Origin: Octopus vulgaris
Lineage: Eukaryota
Length of the DNA: 64,000 bases
NCBI GenBank assembly: GCA_951406725.2
Contig: OX597830.1
Location: 71,858,001 to 71,922,000 of the forward strand
Reading direction: 5' to 3'
Positions within the stretch are counted from its first letter, which is position 1. Each line of letters starts with the position of its first letter. The translations under genes were made by a program, and so were the position numbers. Shown here in pieces: positions 13,130-27,290 of the stretch. The notes beneath the pieces were generated by a model. The model was not told the origin of the DNA. It did not search any database and was given only the letters and a program-made list of their open reading frames with translations.

Positions 13130-14598
13130 AGGTAAAACCAATGAAATAAAAGAATTAGACCAAAGCCAAACTTACAAATACCTAGGAATCCATGAACTAG
13201 ATAAGACACAACGCACGCAAATGAAAGAGAAAATAAAAAAAGAATATTATAGACGAGTTAGATCAATACTAAAAACAGAGTTCACTGCTAAAAACAAGAT
13301 AATAGGTATTAACACTTTAGCTGTCCCAGTTATAAGTTACAGCTACAATATCCTTAACTGGACACTAAATGAACTAACCAAAATAGATAGGAAAACAAGA
13401 AAAATAATGACAGGATCTAGGATGCATCACCCAAAATCTGACATAGAAAATCTGACGTATAGAAGGTGGTAGAGGCCTTATACAGCTGGAAAACTACTAT
13501 AAAATAACCACCATAGGACTGCAAAAATATCTACTTCAGAAAGAAGGGAAACTGATACAAATAGCGGCAAAATACGAGCAAAACAAAAAACTGTTCTCAG
13601 TATTTAAGGAAGCTGACAAATATAAACAAGAAATCATACAACCTAATAAATATGAGAAGAAGAAGAAGAAGAAGAAGAAGAAGAAGAAGAAGAAGAAGAA
13701 GAAGAAGAAGAAGAAGAAGAAGAAGAAGAAGAAGAAGAAGAAGAGATGAAGAAACAACAAAAGCTATAAAACAAATGAAATCCAAACTAAAAATAGAACA
13801 GCAACGAACCATGATAAAACGATGGCAAGAAAAGCCCCTTCATGGTAAATACTGGACTAAACTAAACGCAAAAGAAATAGACAAAGAAAAATCCCAGCAA
13901 TGGTTGAGAAGCTCGGGACTCAAAGCAGAGACAGAGGGATTTTTAATTGCAGCACAAGACCAAAGCCTCCCCACCAGAAATTACCAAAAACATGTAATGA
14001 AAAGAAATATAACAAGTAACTGCAGAATATGTGGAGATGGACAAGAAACAATAAATCATATTATCTCTGGCTGCCCAGTCCTAGCTAAGAAGGAATATAT
14101 TCACAGACATGACAGAGTTGGAACCTACATACACTGGAAGCTATGCCAACATTATGGAATAACAACAGAAAAAAGATGGTATAAGGTCACAGAAAACGAG
14201 AAAGCAACCATACTCTGGGATATGCCGATACACACAGAGAAATTAAGGCCAACAGACCAGATATAGATGTCAGAGATCATGAAGAAAACAAATGCTTTCT
14301 AATTGATGTATCAATACCGGCAGATGACAACGTGTCTCTAAAAGAAATGGAGAAACTTTCAAAATACAAAGACCTGGAAATAGAGGTAACCAGAATGTGG
14401 AATCTAAAAACAGAAACAATTCCTATCATAGTAGGTGCATTAGGCATGATAAAAAATATTCAGACAAATATATAACAAATACAACCAGGACTTACAAACA
14501 CATATAACATACAGAAAATTGCACTACTAGGCACTGCATACATCCTACGCAGAACAATTTCCATACAATAACCATCAGAGCATCACAACAAATCACAG
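13126..14598 (+). mobile_element. R4/Dong-clade non-LTR retrotransposon, 3' half (RT C-terminus, CCHC knuckle, RLE), frameshifted
   Basis: YKYLGI, CRICGDGQETINHIISGC...RHD, RPD/IDVS...KxxKY motifs; starts directly after (TAA)n; (GAA)n tract inside the ORF at 13655-13745. Confidence 0.85.
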
Positions 14599-14687
14599 AA
14601 CGTTATGTCAGACGAAATAGTCTGAGCAGTTCGCCCTTCTTGCTAACGATTCTGTGAATCTTAAACCAAGAATAACGATTCTTGCTT

Positions 14688-15708
<1,021 letters not shown>

Positions 15709-15934
15709 TAACAATCCTTTCTACTACACAAGACCTGAAATTTAGTGGGAGGGTGCTTGTCGATTACATTAACTCCAATGTTTCACTGGTACTTAATATA
15801 TCGGCCCCGAAAGGATGAAAGGCAAAGTCAACCTCAGCGGAATTTGAACTCAGAAAGTAGACACGATCGAAATGCCGCTAAGCATTTTGTCCAGTGTGCT
15901 AACGATTCTACTAACTCACTGCCATAATAATAAT

Positions 15935-16400
15935 TTGATGCTAAAGCACGTTGAAAACCATGAAAAATGGAAGAAACATCATTCTGTTATGAAGGAGAGC
16001 AAAGCATTTTCAAGTGAGTTTACGCGTGATACTGAGGTTGAACAGCGTGATGGAAGTGCGGCAACCGTAGTTGCAAAGACGGTGAAATCGACAGCAAAGC
16101 AATAGGTCGGAACAAAAACCTTTGCATGGCAAATATCTGACCCATAGCAAAGAAGCTGATGTAGACCAGACGCACACCCATCAGTGGATACGGAGCTCAG
16201 GGCTAAAGGCAGAGAGTGAAGGCTTTACCTTGTCTGCTCAAAATCAGAGCTTATTGACCCAAAACTATCAATGGCAATGTGATGATAAATGGTGGAGCCT
16301 CAAAGTGTCTACACTATACTGCAACCACGGAGTTGAAACAGTGGATCATTCACTGCTCCCAGAATTGTCAACTCTATCATATTTATCACTATCCTTTCTT
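15935..16400 (+). mobile_element. Third R4/Dong-type fragment
   Basis: LHGKY...QWIRSSGLKAESEGF is homologous to LHGKY...QWLRSSGLKAETEGF at 13840-13940. Confidence 0.75.
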
Positions 16401-16436
16401 TGGGTCATACGACAATGTATATTTTTTCATGTTTTG

Positions 16437-16738
16437 CTTGTTTGTTCCTTCTCGAGCTATGCCCGGCTCATAAGGGCCGGTTTTCCGGTTTCCTTGGCGT
16501 ATAGGTTCCCCACCTCGACGGTACGCCGGTCCGTCTCAGGTGAGCTGCAAGATGCAGGAGGAAAGAGTGAGAGAAAGTTGTGGCTAAAGAGTCAGCAGAA
16601 GTTCGCCATTACCTTCTGCCGGAGCCGCGTGGAGCTTAGGTGTTTCCCTCATAAACACACACATCGTCCGGTCTGGGATTCGAACCCGCTATCCCTCGAC
16701 CGCGAGTCTACTGCGCTAACCACTAGACCATGTGCCTC
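16437..16738 (-). mobile_element. SINE group C (tail b)
   Basis: Same tRNA-Arg-like head; tail ...GGAAACCGGCCCTTATGAGCC...CTCGAGAAGGAAC. Confidence 0.85.
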
Positions 16739-16962
16739 ATAGCAACTTTATATTTTTAGGACATGAAATAATGACATTGTATACAAATTTTGGCTGAAGG
16801 CCATCGATCCAGTTGCTCAACTAGTACTTATTTTATCGATCCTAAAAGGATGAAAGGCAAAAATGACTTCGGAGGAATTTGAATGTAAAGAAGGAGGAAA
16901 TGCTGCTAAGCATTTTGAAATGTCACAATGATATTTAAAATGTCACATATGACGTAAGAGTG

Positions 16963-17214
16963 AAGACGCATGGCTTAGTGGTTAGGCTATTTGACTCACA
17001 ATCATAAAGCTGTGAGTTTGGTTCCCGACGGTGCGTTATGTCCCTAAGCAATTAATTTAACTTTACGTGGGTCCAGACCACTCAGGTGGTGAAAATATGT
17101 GATGCCTCTAATTCAATACCATGTCACAATGTGTCACGCGGAATCTCCCCAAGATTATACCGCAGGGTGTTCCGTTGATCGGCTGAACTGGAACACTTGT
17201 CGTAACCGACGGAG
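16963..17214 (+). mobile_element. SINE group C2, old copy
   Basis: GCATGGCTTAGTGGTTAGG head and CGTAACCGACGGAG tail. Confidence 0.65.
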
Positions 17215-17534
17215 AACTAGGCCTTTGTCTTAGTGTGATAATAGCATGATATGACGACATACGTAAAATTGTTTTCTATATGTATTACAGACAAAAAAAT
17301 ATTACGTTTGTGAAGATCTTGCATTATATGATGATCTGCAGTAACACCATGAGAAATATATAGAATACTTATTGACATCACGGGTATACTAGTACACACA
17401 CATACATGCATACGTGCATACATACATGCAAACATCTGTTTGTGTGAGTATGTGTATAGACAAGTATATGTGAGCGTGCAAGAAACGGTATATTTAATGT
17501 ATGCCTCTTTTTATATCTATAAATAAATAAATAA

Positions 17535-17591
<57 letters not shown>

Positions 17592-17631
17592 TTATACTTA
17601 CAATGTAAGTATATGTGATATATGTGCGCGC

Positions 17632-17695
<64 letters not shown>

Positions 17696-17851
17696 TTATC
17701 AATCAATCAATCTATCTATCTATATATATATATCTAACTACCTCACACTCTCCCTCTGTATGAACTTACATGTATACATAGCTACATACACACACATACA
17801 TATATATATATATATATGTATATATAAACGTATATACACATAGATACACCC

Positions 17852-17910
<59 letters not shown>

Positions 17911-17943
17911 TGTAGTTTTATATATGTATGTATATATATATGC

Positions 17944-17974
<31 letters not shown>

Positions 17975-18404
17975 AACAAACACATGCACACAGTGCATAT
18001 AGTGAGTCAGTGTGGGAGACAGATACTACGTAGTTCTATGTATCACTACTTGAAAGAGTAGCATGTAGTTTGCGGCCCGTGTGACATTCTGAATAGTGAT
18101 CCCAAACGACAAACCATCTTGATTCTTTCCCCCCCCCCCCCAGCTTTTTTTTGTAGTAGTAGCACGACCCGCCGAATAAATGAAATGGTTTCATACAGTC
18201 AGCATATATATATACCATGGACTAAAAATTATTGGAGTATCACGGCTAGAAAAACCTTTAATCGTAGATCCGTTTGATTATGACTGATCTGCGCTAAACA
18301 ACTACAACAACGACAACAACAATAACAAAGGAAAAACGTCAAACATTGATGCAGCTCATACTGCCTTATACTGTAGAATACAATAGCAAATCATAAGTAT
18401 ATAC

Positions 18405-18612
18405 TCTTTACTCTTTTACTTGTTTCAGTCATTTGACTGCGGCCATGCTGGAGCACCACATTTAGTCGAACAAATCGACCCAGGGACTTATTCTTTGTAA
18501 GCCTACTACTTATTCTATCGGTCTCTTTCGCCGAACCGCTATGTTACGGGGACGAAAACACACCAGCATCGGTTTTCAAGCGATGTTGGGGAAGGGGGGG
18601 GGGCAAACACAG

Positions 18613-18647
<35 letters not shown>

Positions 18648-18717
18648 CAGTGAGGGACTGAACCCGGAACCATGTGGTTGGTAAGCCAGCTACTTACCAC
18701 ACAGCCACTCCTGCGCC
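18405..18717 (-). mobile_element. SINE group B with internal deletion
   Basis: Reverse complement of the head and tail of 5271-5752. Confidence 0.85.
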
Positions 18718-18835
18718 TTAAATATATATATAATATATAAAACATAATATGATAATTAAGCAATAAAAAAAAATAACAAATACAAATCGATGTAATTCTT
18801 CAAACGTAAACATACGCATTTAAAAACTCGTAACA

Positions 18836-18945
<110 letters not shown>

Positions 18946-19053
18946 ATAAGAAGTTTGAAAACGCCACTAAGAAAATTATAATTTATCTTATAGAGTGGCG
19001 TTTTCAAACTTCTTTTTTTATAAATATATACCCACTCGTATACGACCTACACT

Positions 19054-19110
<57 letters not shown>

Positions 19111-19152
19111 AATAAAAAATGGAGTTAACGCAGGTTTAAACAAGTATTTTTT

Positions 19153-19237
19153 CTTTCTACATATGTTTCAAAAATTCCACTGATACTTATTCAAAAGAAT
19201 AAAAGGTATAAACAATGCAATCTTCTCTTCGGGTAAC
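19153..19237 (-). ncRNA. Hammerhead-like motif, second copy of the 5820 family (core CCGAAGA)
   Basis: CCGAAGA-[GAAGATTGCATTG...CAGTGGAATTTTT]-GAAAC-ATAT-GTA; host element 19110-19290 lies between (TA)n tracts. Confidence 0.55.
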
Positions 19238-19285
19238 TATTCATTCATTTATCCGTGTTAATTGTTAACAAGGTAAAATACACTC

Positions 19286-19323
<38 letters not shown>

Positions 19324-19384
19324 TTATTTATTTATTTATATTTATATATATGTATGTATGTATGTATGTATTTATATTTAATAA

Positions 19385-19570
19385 TTTCTTTGAACGGAAT
19401 TCCTTTTGTTCATTTTAATTTATCGAATAATGAAACCAGTGAAAATTGAAAGAGTATTTTCCCTGTGGTCATAACTGAAGCAGTATTGATAACAGAAGAT
19501 CGCAGAGTATCCTCCCTTGACCATTCATGCTTCTTTCACGAAGTTTTATCAGCAAATTACGACGTTTTTA
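19385..19570 (-). pseudogene. Candidate APCDD1-like pseudo-exon (start of second domain)
   Basis: SMNGQGRILCD...NTLFNFHWFHYS resembles GLHGEWVSQRCE...NNTWEGHYYHYSD (human APCDD1 recalled from memory); stops and frameshifts. Confidence 0.3.
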
Positions 19571-19824
19571 TTTTAAGATAGATGCTTATATCCATCTCGT
19601 TTTCTTTCTTTCGGTTATTCTCGTTATTTGTATATTCTTTTTATTGACTATGTTTGTTATTAGTTACGAAATATATATTTAAAATTTCAAACATGCTATG
19701 ATTTTTAAAATAAAAATGTATGATGTTACAAGAGGTGTAGTTGGAAAAATAAAATATTTCTTTAAATATGCGTCTGAAATTAACGTGATATAAATTTAAT
19801 TATTTACATTACTTACGTTATTTA

Positions 19825-20100
19825 CATGGTAGCCCGGGCTCTTAACCACAAGATTCCGAGTTCGATTTCAAGTAGTGACCTGCCTAATAATAATAATGTC
19901 CCCCGCCACTGCTTAATTACCGGTATTTTTGTGTTTACTCCCCCGTAATCTAGCGGTTCGGTAATAGACACCGATGCAATAAGTACCAGGCTTAAATAAT
20001 AAAAAAAGGGACTGGGGCCGATCCATTCGACTAGACTTACTTTGAGGCGTTGCCCCAGCATGACCGCAGTGTAATGAATGAAACAAGTAAAAGATAAAAA
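19825..20100 (+). mobile_element. SINE group B-related copy
   Basis: Tail CCAGCATGACCGCAG...TGAAACAAGTAAAAGATAAAA. Confidence 0.7.
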
Positions 20101-20179
20101 TATAACATACTGGAATACTATAAGTAATGCAAAGTCGATATCTTCAACTAGATTTAAGTGTTTTCTTCAACAATGGTTT

Positions 20180-20560
20180 TCAATATTGGGTAATGAAGAG
20201 TATGATGAGAATACAAGCGGCCGAAATGGGGACCGTCCGAAGGATTTCTGGAGTAACGTTGTTCGACAAGGGGCGTAATTCGGAGATCAGATTTTCTCTC
20301 CAGGCGGAGACATCACTTTTTTGGCATTGACAGTTCACAACTCCGATACTACGGACATGTGATCGGAAAATCGCAGGAAAGTATTGCAAGATAGATTATT
20401 TTTGAAGCCGAGAAAACCGACAGAAGCCCTAGCGATAAACCAAGAATGATATATTACATAATATCCATAATCTCAGTTGGTCACTCATCGAAAAACTGTA
20501 GTGATGGTTGCTCCCGGTAGGACCCATGGAAGAGGTACCTCAGAACTCTAATCTCCAGAA
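20180..20560 (+). mobile_element. RTE-type LINE 3' relic
   Basis: RIQAAEMGTVRRISGVTLFDKGRNSEIR...QLRYYGHV matches RTE C-terminal motifs. Confidence 0.65.
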
Positions 20561-20618
20561 CACTCCCACGAATAGTGATCGGGAAAAATGACTGGGTGTA
20601 TCATTTAAAAGAAGAATC

Positions 20619-21083
20619 GGTCTCTGTCTTTCTCAAACCATTAGCGTTCATTCACACTTCGCTTAAATCCTTCGGAGTTGATAACCAACATCATTAATTT
20701 TACCAGCCTGAAATATGACGCAATAAATTTAATATTCACACAGAAAAACATGGATGGCTGCATTTCACATGCTCCTTGAGTGGATTTAATTAATAATATC
20801 ATTACCCTCACAACTGATCGCATGCTCTTCTAATTGTTGAACTTCATGCCATACGTACGTATATAATATGTATATATATATATATATATATATATTAGGA
20901 GCATATATATATATATATATATATAAGGAGCATGTGAAATGCAGCCATCCATGTTTTTCTGTGTGAATATTAAATTTATTGCGTCATATTTCAGGCTGGT
21001 AATGTTAATGATGTGGGTTATCAACTCCGTAGGATTTAAGTGAAGTTTGAATGAACGCTAATGGTTTGAGAAAGACAGAGACC
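20619..21083. repeat. 159-bp-arm inverted repeat at (TA)n
   Basis: 20619-20777 vs 20925-21083, about 6 mismatches. Confidence 0.92.
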
Positions 21084-21086
21084 TGT

Positions 21087-21127
<41 letters not shown>

Positions 21128-21164
21128 GTGTGTATACACCCGCAATATATTTATACACACATAA

Positions 21165-21208
<44 letters not shown>

Positions 21209-21254
21209 GTTGAAAATGCACTGGGATAGGTTTACATTTTTTATTGTTAAATTT

Positions 21255-21790
21255 TTAAAGATCCAACAGGTTTCACCGTGTTCTCTGATTTTCAAACGAC
21301 GAGATTGAAAGATGTGAAGCTATGCAACAGCTATCTTGCTTCTGACTGGAATTCTAAAATTGTCTTATTTTAAAAACAAAAGACAGTCTTGTAAATAAAC
21401 AATAATTGTCAGTGCTGTGGGACGGGGTTAGCAAGATGGGGTTACTCCCACGCCTTACACCGGCTCCGGCCATTATGATATTCGAAGGAGCTGTAGCGGG
21501 ACTATTCAACATATGGGAATTTTCAAGTATGAGGTAAAAACAATTTAGATAAGGGCATTGACTGAATACTTCTTTCCTGGAGTGTAAAACGCTCCTCTGG
21601 TTAAGTGAGTTTTTTTTAAGATTCTTTGCCCTTTTCAGCCAAGCAAAGCTGACATCGTTTGCTTCCGTTTATATAAGAGCTTGGCTGTTCAAATAGCTAC
21701 TACTTAATTATGTATAGCGTACCTTCCTCTTTTAAGCGCCAAACGTATCTAGTCAGAGACTTGAAGACTTATGGTTGTTTAGACGTTGCT
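21255..21790 (-). mobile_element. Penelope-like element 3' relic (GIY-YIG C-terminal region, 3' UTR with decayed hammerhead)
   Basis: SLTRYVWRLKEEG...SYINGSKRCQLCLAEK...SLNQRS matches the PLE LSxYIWxLK...RCxLCLxEK...LNxRSE motif; TTGAAAATC...GTGAAAC at 21260-21297. Confidence 0.7.
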
Positions 21791-21804
21791 TCAATGATAG
21801 GGGC

Positions 21805-22087
21805 AGCCTAGTGGTTAGGGATTTCTTGAGTTCAATTTCCGGCGACGCGTTCTGTCCTCGAGCAAGACACTTTATTTCACGTTGCTCCAGTCCACTTTAG
21901 CTGAGAAGAATGAGTTGTACCTGTATTTCAAAAGGGCCAGCCTTGTCACATTCTGTGTCACGCTGAATCTCCCTGAGAACTACGTCAACGGTATACATGT
22001 CAGCCACTTGCACGTAAATTTCACGAGCAAGCTGTTCCATTGATCGTATCAGCTGGGACCCTCGTCATCGTAACCGACGGAGTGCTC
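21805..22087 (+). mobile_element. SINE group C2
   Basis: CTCGAGCAAGACACTTTATTTCAC plus tail a. Confidence 0.8.
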
Positions 22088-22137
22088 TTTTTAAGTATAC
22101 ATATTTATGTATGTATGTATGTATGTGTAACGGTGTT

Positions 22138-22220
<83 letters not shown>

Positions 22221-22339
22221 ATGTATATATAAATGTATGTATGTATGTATGTATGTATGTATATATAAATATAGACATTTTTGTGTGTATTCGTGTGTCT
22301 GAATATACATGTGAGTGTCTGTGTTGGGGTGTGAACTAA

Positions 22340-23000
22340 GACGAATGTTTGTTTTTCAGGAAATATTGAAAACGGATACTTGAGATTGCACTGTCGAAAT
22401 TGTTCAGTACGAAGTTAACTACAATAAAATTTGTATTCCTTTTACAACAAGGATATACACTTATTTAGTTAACTGGCTCTTCGTCGATTACGATGACAAG
22501 GGCTCCAGTTGATCCGATCAATGGAACAGCCTGCTCGTGAAATTACCGTGCAAGTGGCTGAGCATTCCACAAACACGCGTACCCTGAACGTAGTTCTCAG
22601 AGAGATTCAGCACGATACAGAATGTGACAAGGCCGGCCTTTTGAATTTCATGTAAAACTCATTTTCGCTAGCTAAGTGGACTGAAGCAACGTGAAATAAA
22701 CTGTCTTGCTCAAAGACAAAGCGCTCTGCAGAGAATCGAACCCACGTCCTTACGATCATGAGCCGATTACCCTAGCCACGAAGCAACGCGCTTCTACTAA
22801 TTAGTTACTGGTACTAAGTGAAGGCACATATATTGGCGAAACCCATAACAACAAATATAAATACATTCTCCAGGAACGTTGTTCATATCGAGAATATTCT
22901 ATTACTGCACTGAATAATGCATTTACTATATAACTGTGTAGTCTGGTGACTGTATTTTCAAGGCAGATAAGCTCTTGATAATGCAAGTAATATAGGTAAG
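22340..23000 (-). pseudogene. Candidate APCDD1-like pseudo-exon interrupted by a SINE
   Basis: QELICLEN...YLLLWVSP [SINE] ...SIRFQYFLKN; resembles QLIRVE...LFLG...SSYQPPLQN and the block at 50510-50760 (YLLLGRFSP...TVQYLYN). Confidence 0.35.
22478..22795 (-). mobile_element. SINE group C2 with TSD
   Basis: Flanked by TTAGTT(A)ACTGG at about 22466 and 22801. Confidence 0.8.
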
Positions 23001-23089
23001 ATATATGAAACAAAACGTAAAATTATTGTTAACAGCAACGATATCAGTAACGAGCGAATTACCCAAAATCAACAACGCAGAAAAATATC

Positions 23090-23900
23090 AATAAAATTTC
23101 AATACTTTGGCTGTTGGCTCTTTCCAGGATTTAGTTTTTGGTCGCATAGTGTTCCCATTTGATGCTCAGGATTAAATCGCTTTTTGTTGGTGAAAGCTTT
23201 CTAATTTTTGGATGTCACGACGATATAGAGTCCATGTTTCGCAGCCATATGTTATTTATTCCTTCTCGAGCCACGCCTGGCTCATTAGGGCCGGTTTCCC
23301 GGTTTCCTTGGCGTATAGCCCCCCCCCCTGGACGAGACGCCGGCCCGTTGCAGGTGAGCTGCAAGATGCAGGGGTAAAGAGTGAAAGAAATTTGTGGCGA
23401 AAGTGTCAGCAGAAGTTTCGCCATTACCTTCTGCCGGAGCCGCGTGAAGCTTAGGTGTTTTGCTCATAAACACACACATCGCCCGGTCTGAGATTCGAAC
23501 CCTCGATCCCTCGGCCGCGAGTCCGCTGCTCTAACCACTAGGCCATGTGCCTCCACTTCGCAGCCAAATAGCAAGGTTGAAATGACTATAACACTATGGG
23601 CCAAAACATTCATTGTTAAGTTTTAAGATCTTCGTTGTTGAAGACGCATTTGTTTAACTTTCGAAATACTCCGTGTACAGCTTCAAATCTGTGTTCCACA
23701 TCCTTTTCTGAGGTGCACTTGTATGATAAAAGGCTGCCTAGATATGGAAAATGTTCTACTTTTTCGAGAGATGTACCATCGATAGCAACATTAAATCTGG
23801 TAAGTTGGTATTTGGGGGTTGGCTGTGCTTGGACTTTGGTATTCTTGATGTTTAATTGAAAGCCAAAACGCTGATAGACTATAACAAAATTGTTCACATC
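23090..23900 (-). mobile_element. RTE-BovB-like LINE fragment split by a SINE
   Basis: FGFQLNIKNTKV...LEKVEHFPYLGS...; WTLYRRDIQKLESFHQ...ILSIKW. Confidence 0.75.
23255..23556 (-). mobile_element. SINE group C (tail b) with TSD
   Basis: TTCGCAGCCA duplicated on both sides. Confidence 0.88.
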
Positions 23901-24049
23901 ATCAATATCAATAAGATTAAAAAAACACAGCGAATGATATTAAAAGCAAAACAAAAATACTTTGTCGTTGACGTTAAATGTATTTAAAAATTTCGAGAGA
24001 GTGTGAATTAATTGTTATTGGATTAATAGACCTTGAAGCACATAAAACA

Positions 24050-24323
24050 ATAATGAATAACATGAAAATGTTGTTTCAAAGCTATTTTGTATAGATACGG
24101 TGCTAGTTTTCCCATTGGGATCGAACCCACATCTGATGTAGCTACGACAGGCGTTCTAACGTTGAACAAAACATCCTTCGAATTCCCCACCGTCCATTTT
24201 AGAAACTCTATTCTTACTAGCGTGGGTTGTATGTTGTTAACATTATAACGTTGTAACCATTCAAGATCTGGGTTTGAGTCCGATGGACAGTCTTCGACTT
24301 TTCCTATTCCATGGGTTTTCAAC
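24050..24323 (-). pseudogene. Candidate exon, APCDD1-like (CP...WxVGxxxDV)
   Basis: AG acceptor at 24324-24325; complex open frame LKTHGIGKVEDCP...KWTVGNSKDV (compare SWQVGIQQDV); 3' boundary uncertain. Confidence 0.45.
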
Positions 24324-24351
24324 CTGATATTTACATGCTCTTATTTATCGC

Positions 24352-24761
24352 GGATCTTTTCGGTTTGAACGGCAGTTTTTTAAAATAATTTCCACGTAAC
24401 TAAACACTTTTAAACTTCGTATAATGGTAGAATTTGTTTATAAAACATCTTTTCCTCTTGACTTTATTGAGAAAATTCTACAGTTTGTAAGATATTTGTT
24501 GTGGTTTTTCTGCAATTTCAACAAATCAATGACGTATATTGAGGTAAAAAACAGTCTGTGCCGTATGAATATGTCCCTCGTTTAAGAAACAGATTGGGCT
24601 TATTTACATTTGTGAAGAAAAAAAGATACCCTTCCCCCCTAACCCTAACCCTAACCCTAAAACAGATTGAAATGCAATAGGGCGATACTAGGGTCATAAT
24701 TATGGGTGACAATTTCATATGACACCGCTAGAAAAAACTGCCGTTCAAACCGAAAAGATCC
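24352..24761. mobile_element. MITE with 30-bp perfect TIRs and 8-bp TSD (Merlin-like), containing (CCCTAA)4
   Basis: TIR GGATCTTTTCGGTTTGAACGGCAGTTTTTT at both ends; TSD TTTATCGC/TTTATAGC; telomeric hexamers at 24637-24660. Confidence 0.88.
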
Positions 24762-24949
24762 TTTATAGCTGTTTGTGTATCGAGATCCCTTGTTCTAAAA
24801 CCAGGAATAAATATTTAAATATCATCGCAAACTTACTAAATTTAATCAGTTTGTGCAATTTGGAAATGTTGATATCGTTCATCTCCCTAACTCCGTTAAA
24901 AAATAACCAATTGTAGGCTGTCATCTTGAAACATATAAAATCAAGGAGT

Positions 24950-25075
24950 GTTTTTTTAAACTCTGTAGAAACGTATTGTATTAGCTTTTGTATCAATGCT
25001 TTTGGAGAATATTTGTCGTTTGTCGGAGGGTGAGTGTCTATTAAATAATTATCGGTTTCCGAATTACCCATAAAT
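24950..25075 (-). pseudogene. Candidate APCDD1-like pseudo-exon
   Basis: GNSETDNYL...YSPKALIQKL resembles GGTEADYQL...HTEAVAEKL; the acceptor looks decayed (CAA). Confidence 0.35.
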
Positions 25076-25711
25076 TGATATATAGAAAAAAATATTAAAA
25101 AAAATATATATAAAAGATTAAAAATAAATCATATAAAAGTAAAAAGTAGAAATAAATAATCGCATACCGTTTAACACGTACGGATTTTCTTTGGAAGGTA
25201 TCACATAAATCTGTCTTTACTTTACCTTAATAAGGACTAATGCCAACTAAAGACGCACCTACTGACTTTAGGATATGGATAAAACAGCCATAAAACGTGA
25301 TGGATAGTTGTCGGACGCGGGCACAGCTGGTTCAGTTAGCTCGGCCAAGAAAGTATTTCATTCTCTGAGACAACATAGAAGTAAAAAAAAAAAAACGTTA
25401 GGAAAAAAATATGTTTGTCTGGTCGAGGATTTTAAATATTGAAATACTGCCGACCACATATAGATAACACATATACTCACAATAAAATAGTACACATAGA
25501 CACACATACACACATGCACGCACGCAGGCACACACACACATATACGCACATACATACACACGCACATTGCACTCTGTATCTGTTGCGCGGTTACCGTGTA
25601 GCGACTTTCGAAGTGTCATTTTGCTGTTGGTTTTTCCTTCTCTTAAACTTGCGGCCGGACAAAATTAAGTCACAATTAAACGCAATATTCTGTGTAGATG
25701 GAGGGACAGCG

Positions 25712-25777
<66 letters not shown>

Positions 25778-25798
25778 TACATACACATACATATAAAC

Positions 25799-26170
25799 AG
25801 GAGCGGTTGTGTAGTAAGTAGCTTGCTCACAAACCACATGGTTCCGGCTTCAGTCCCACTGTGTGGCACCTTGGGCAAGTGTATTGTCCTATAGCTTCGG
25901 GCTGACCAAACACTTGTGAGTGGATTTGGTAGACGAAAACTGAAAGAAGCCTGTCGTATATATATGTTTGTGTGTCTGTGTTTGTCCCACCACCATCGTT
26001 TGACAACAGATGTTGGTGTGTTTACGCCCCCATAATGTAGCGTTTCGGCGAAAGAGACCAATAGAATAAGTACTAGGCTTACAGAGAATAAGTCCTGGGG
26101 TCAATTTGTTCGACTAAAGGCGGTGTTCCAGCATGGCCGCAACAAATGACTGAAGCAAATAAAAGAATAT
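25799..26170 (+). mobile_element. SINE group B
   Basis: Full head, CORE-like GGCACCTTGGGCAAGTG and tail. Confidence 0.88.
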
Positions 26171-26269
26171 AAGAGCATATATATATATATATATGTATAT
26201 TTTTATATATGGAAAATTTCTTTGCATATATGAGTACAAATACATATACATACACACATACATTTATAG

Positions 26270-26324
<55 letters not shown>

Positions 26325-26811
26325 TACACAAGAGCTTTTACTTTGTTACGCATATTCAATTTTTATGGTGAAGAACATAGATTTTGAAATTTATACTTGG
26401 TCTCCCTTAATAACTTATAGCATTCAATAATTTTGTAATTTTATAATTTAATGACATGCGTTTATAGAAATTATTTAACAGCAGTCAAATTTTTGAGATA
26501 TAGCTTCATACATCGATTTGAAGTAGAGCTACAATTTTCAAACCATCCAGATGTTAACATCTTGTAGATTTCTTTGTTCATGCCCCTAATCTTTTTCCAC
26601 AAAATTAGTGTCATACACATGCGGAGAATGTAAAATTTGTTATTTGAATATTGATTACGGTGAAACTGTGCCTTAATGGACGACTAACAAAACTATTAAG
26701 CTGTTTAATACACACATATCCACTCTATCACAGTATATAATACTTTGTGGCGAATCTTACAGTATATGCACAGACATAACGTAGATAGACACACACACAC
26801 ATACTCATTTG

Positions 26812-26843
<32 letters not shown>

Positions 26844-26875
26844 TGTGCACACACCAACACATGTTTATATCTTTG

Positions 26876-26945
<70 letters not shown>

Positions 26946-26946
26946 C

Positions 26947-26990
<44 letters not shown>

Positions 26991-27034
26991 GTCTGTCTGT
27001 CTCTGTGTATGTGTGTGTCTGTGTGGAATCTGTC

Positions 27035-27290
27035 ATCTAGTGGTAAGCCTGATGTACTCACGATCGCTAGATCGAGGGTTCGATTCCCTAACTGGTCGGC
27101 GCATTGTGTTTCTAAGCAATGTACTTCATTGTGGCTCCAGTACCCCTTTCGATCAGGGTAGAATGTTGGTCTAACTACTGGTCTTCTAGTCTAGCTAGCT
27201 ACGCATTTGAAGATTAAAACAATGCAAAATCGCATTGCGGCCCAGTAAGGCGTAACAAAACCTAATAGCCTGGTCGGTCAGTGATTACTT
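27035..27290 (+). mobile_element. SINE (tail c), old copy
   Basis: tRNA-like head plus CATTTGAAG..TAAAACAATGC tail shared with 57652-57946. Confidence 0.65.

Noticed and set aside
24637-24660. Telomere or chromosome end
   Set aside because: Only four units, internal to a TIR element
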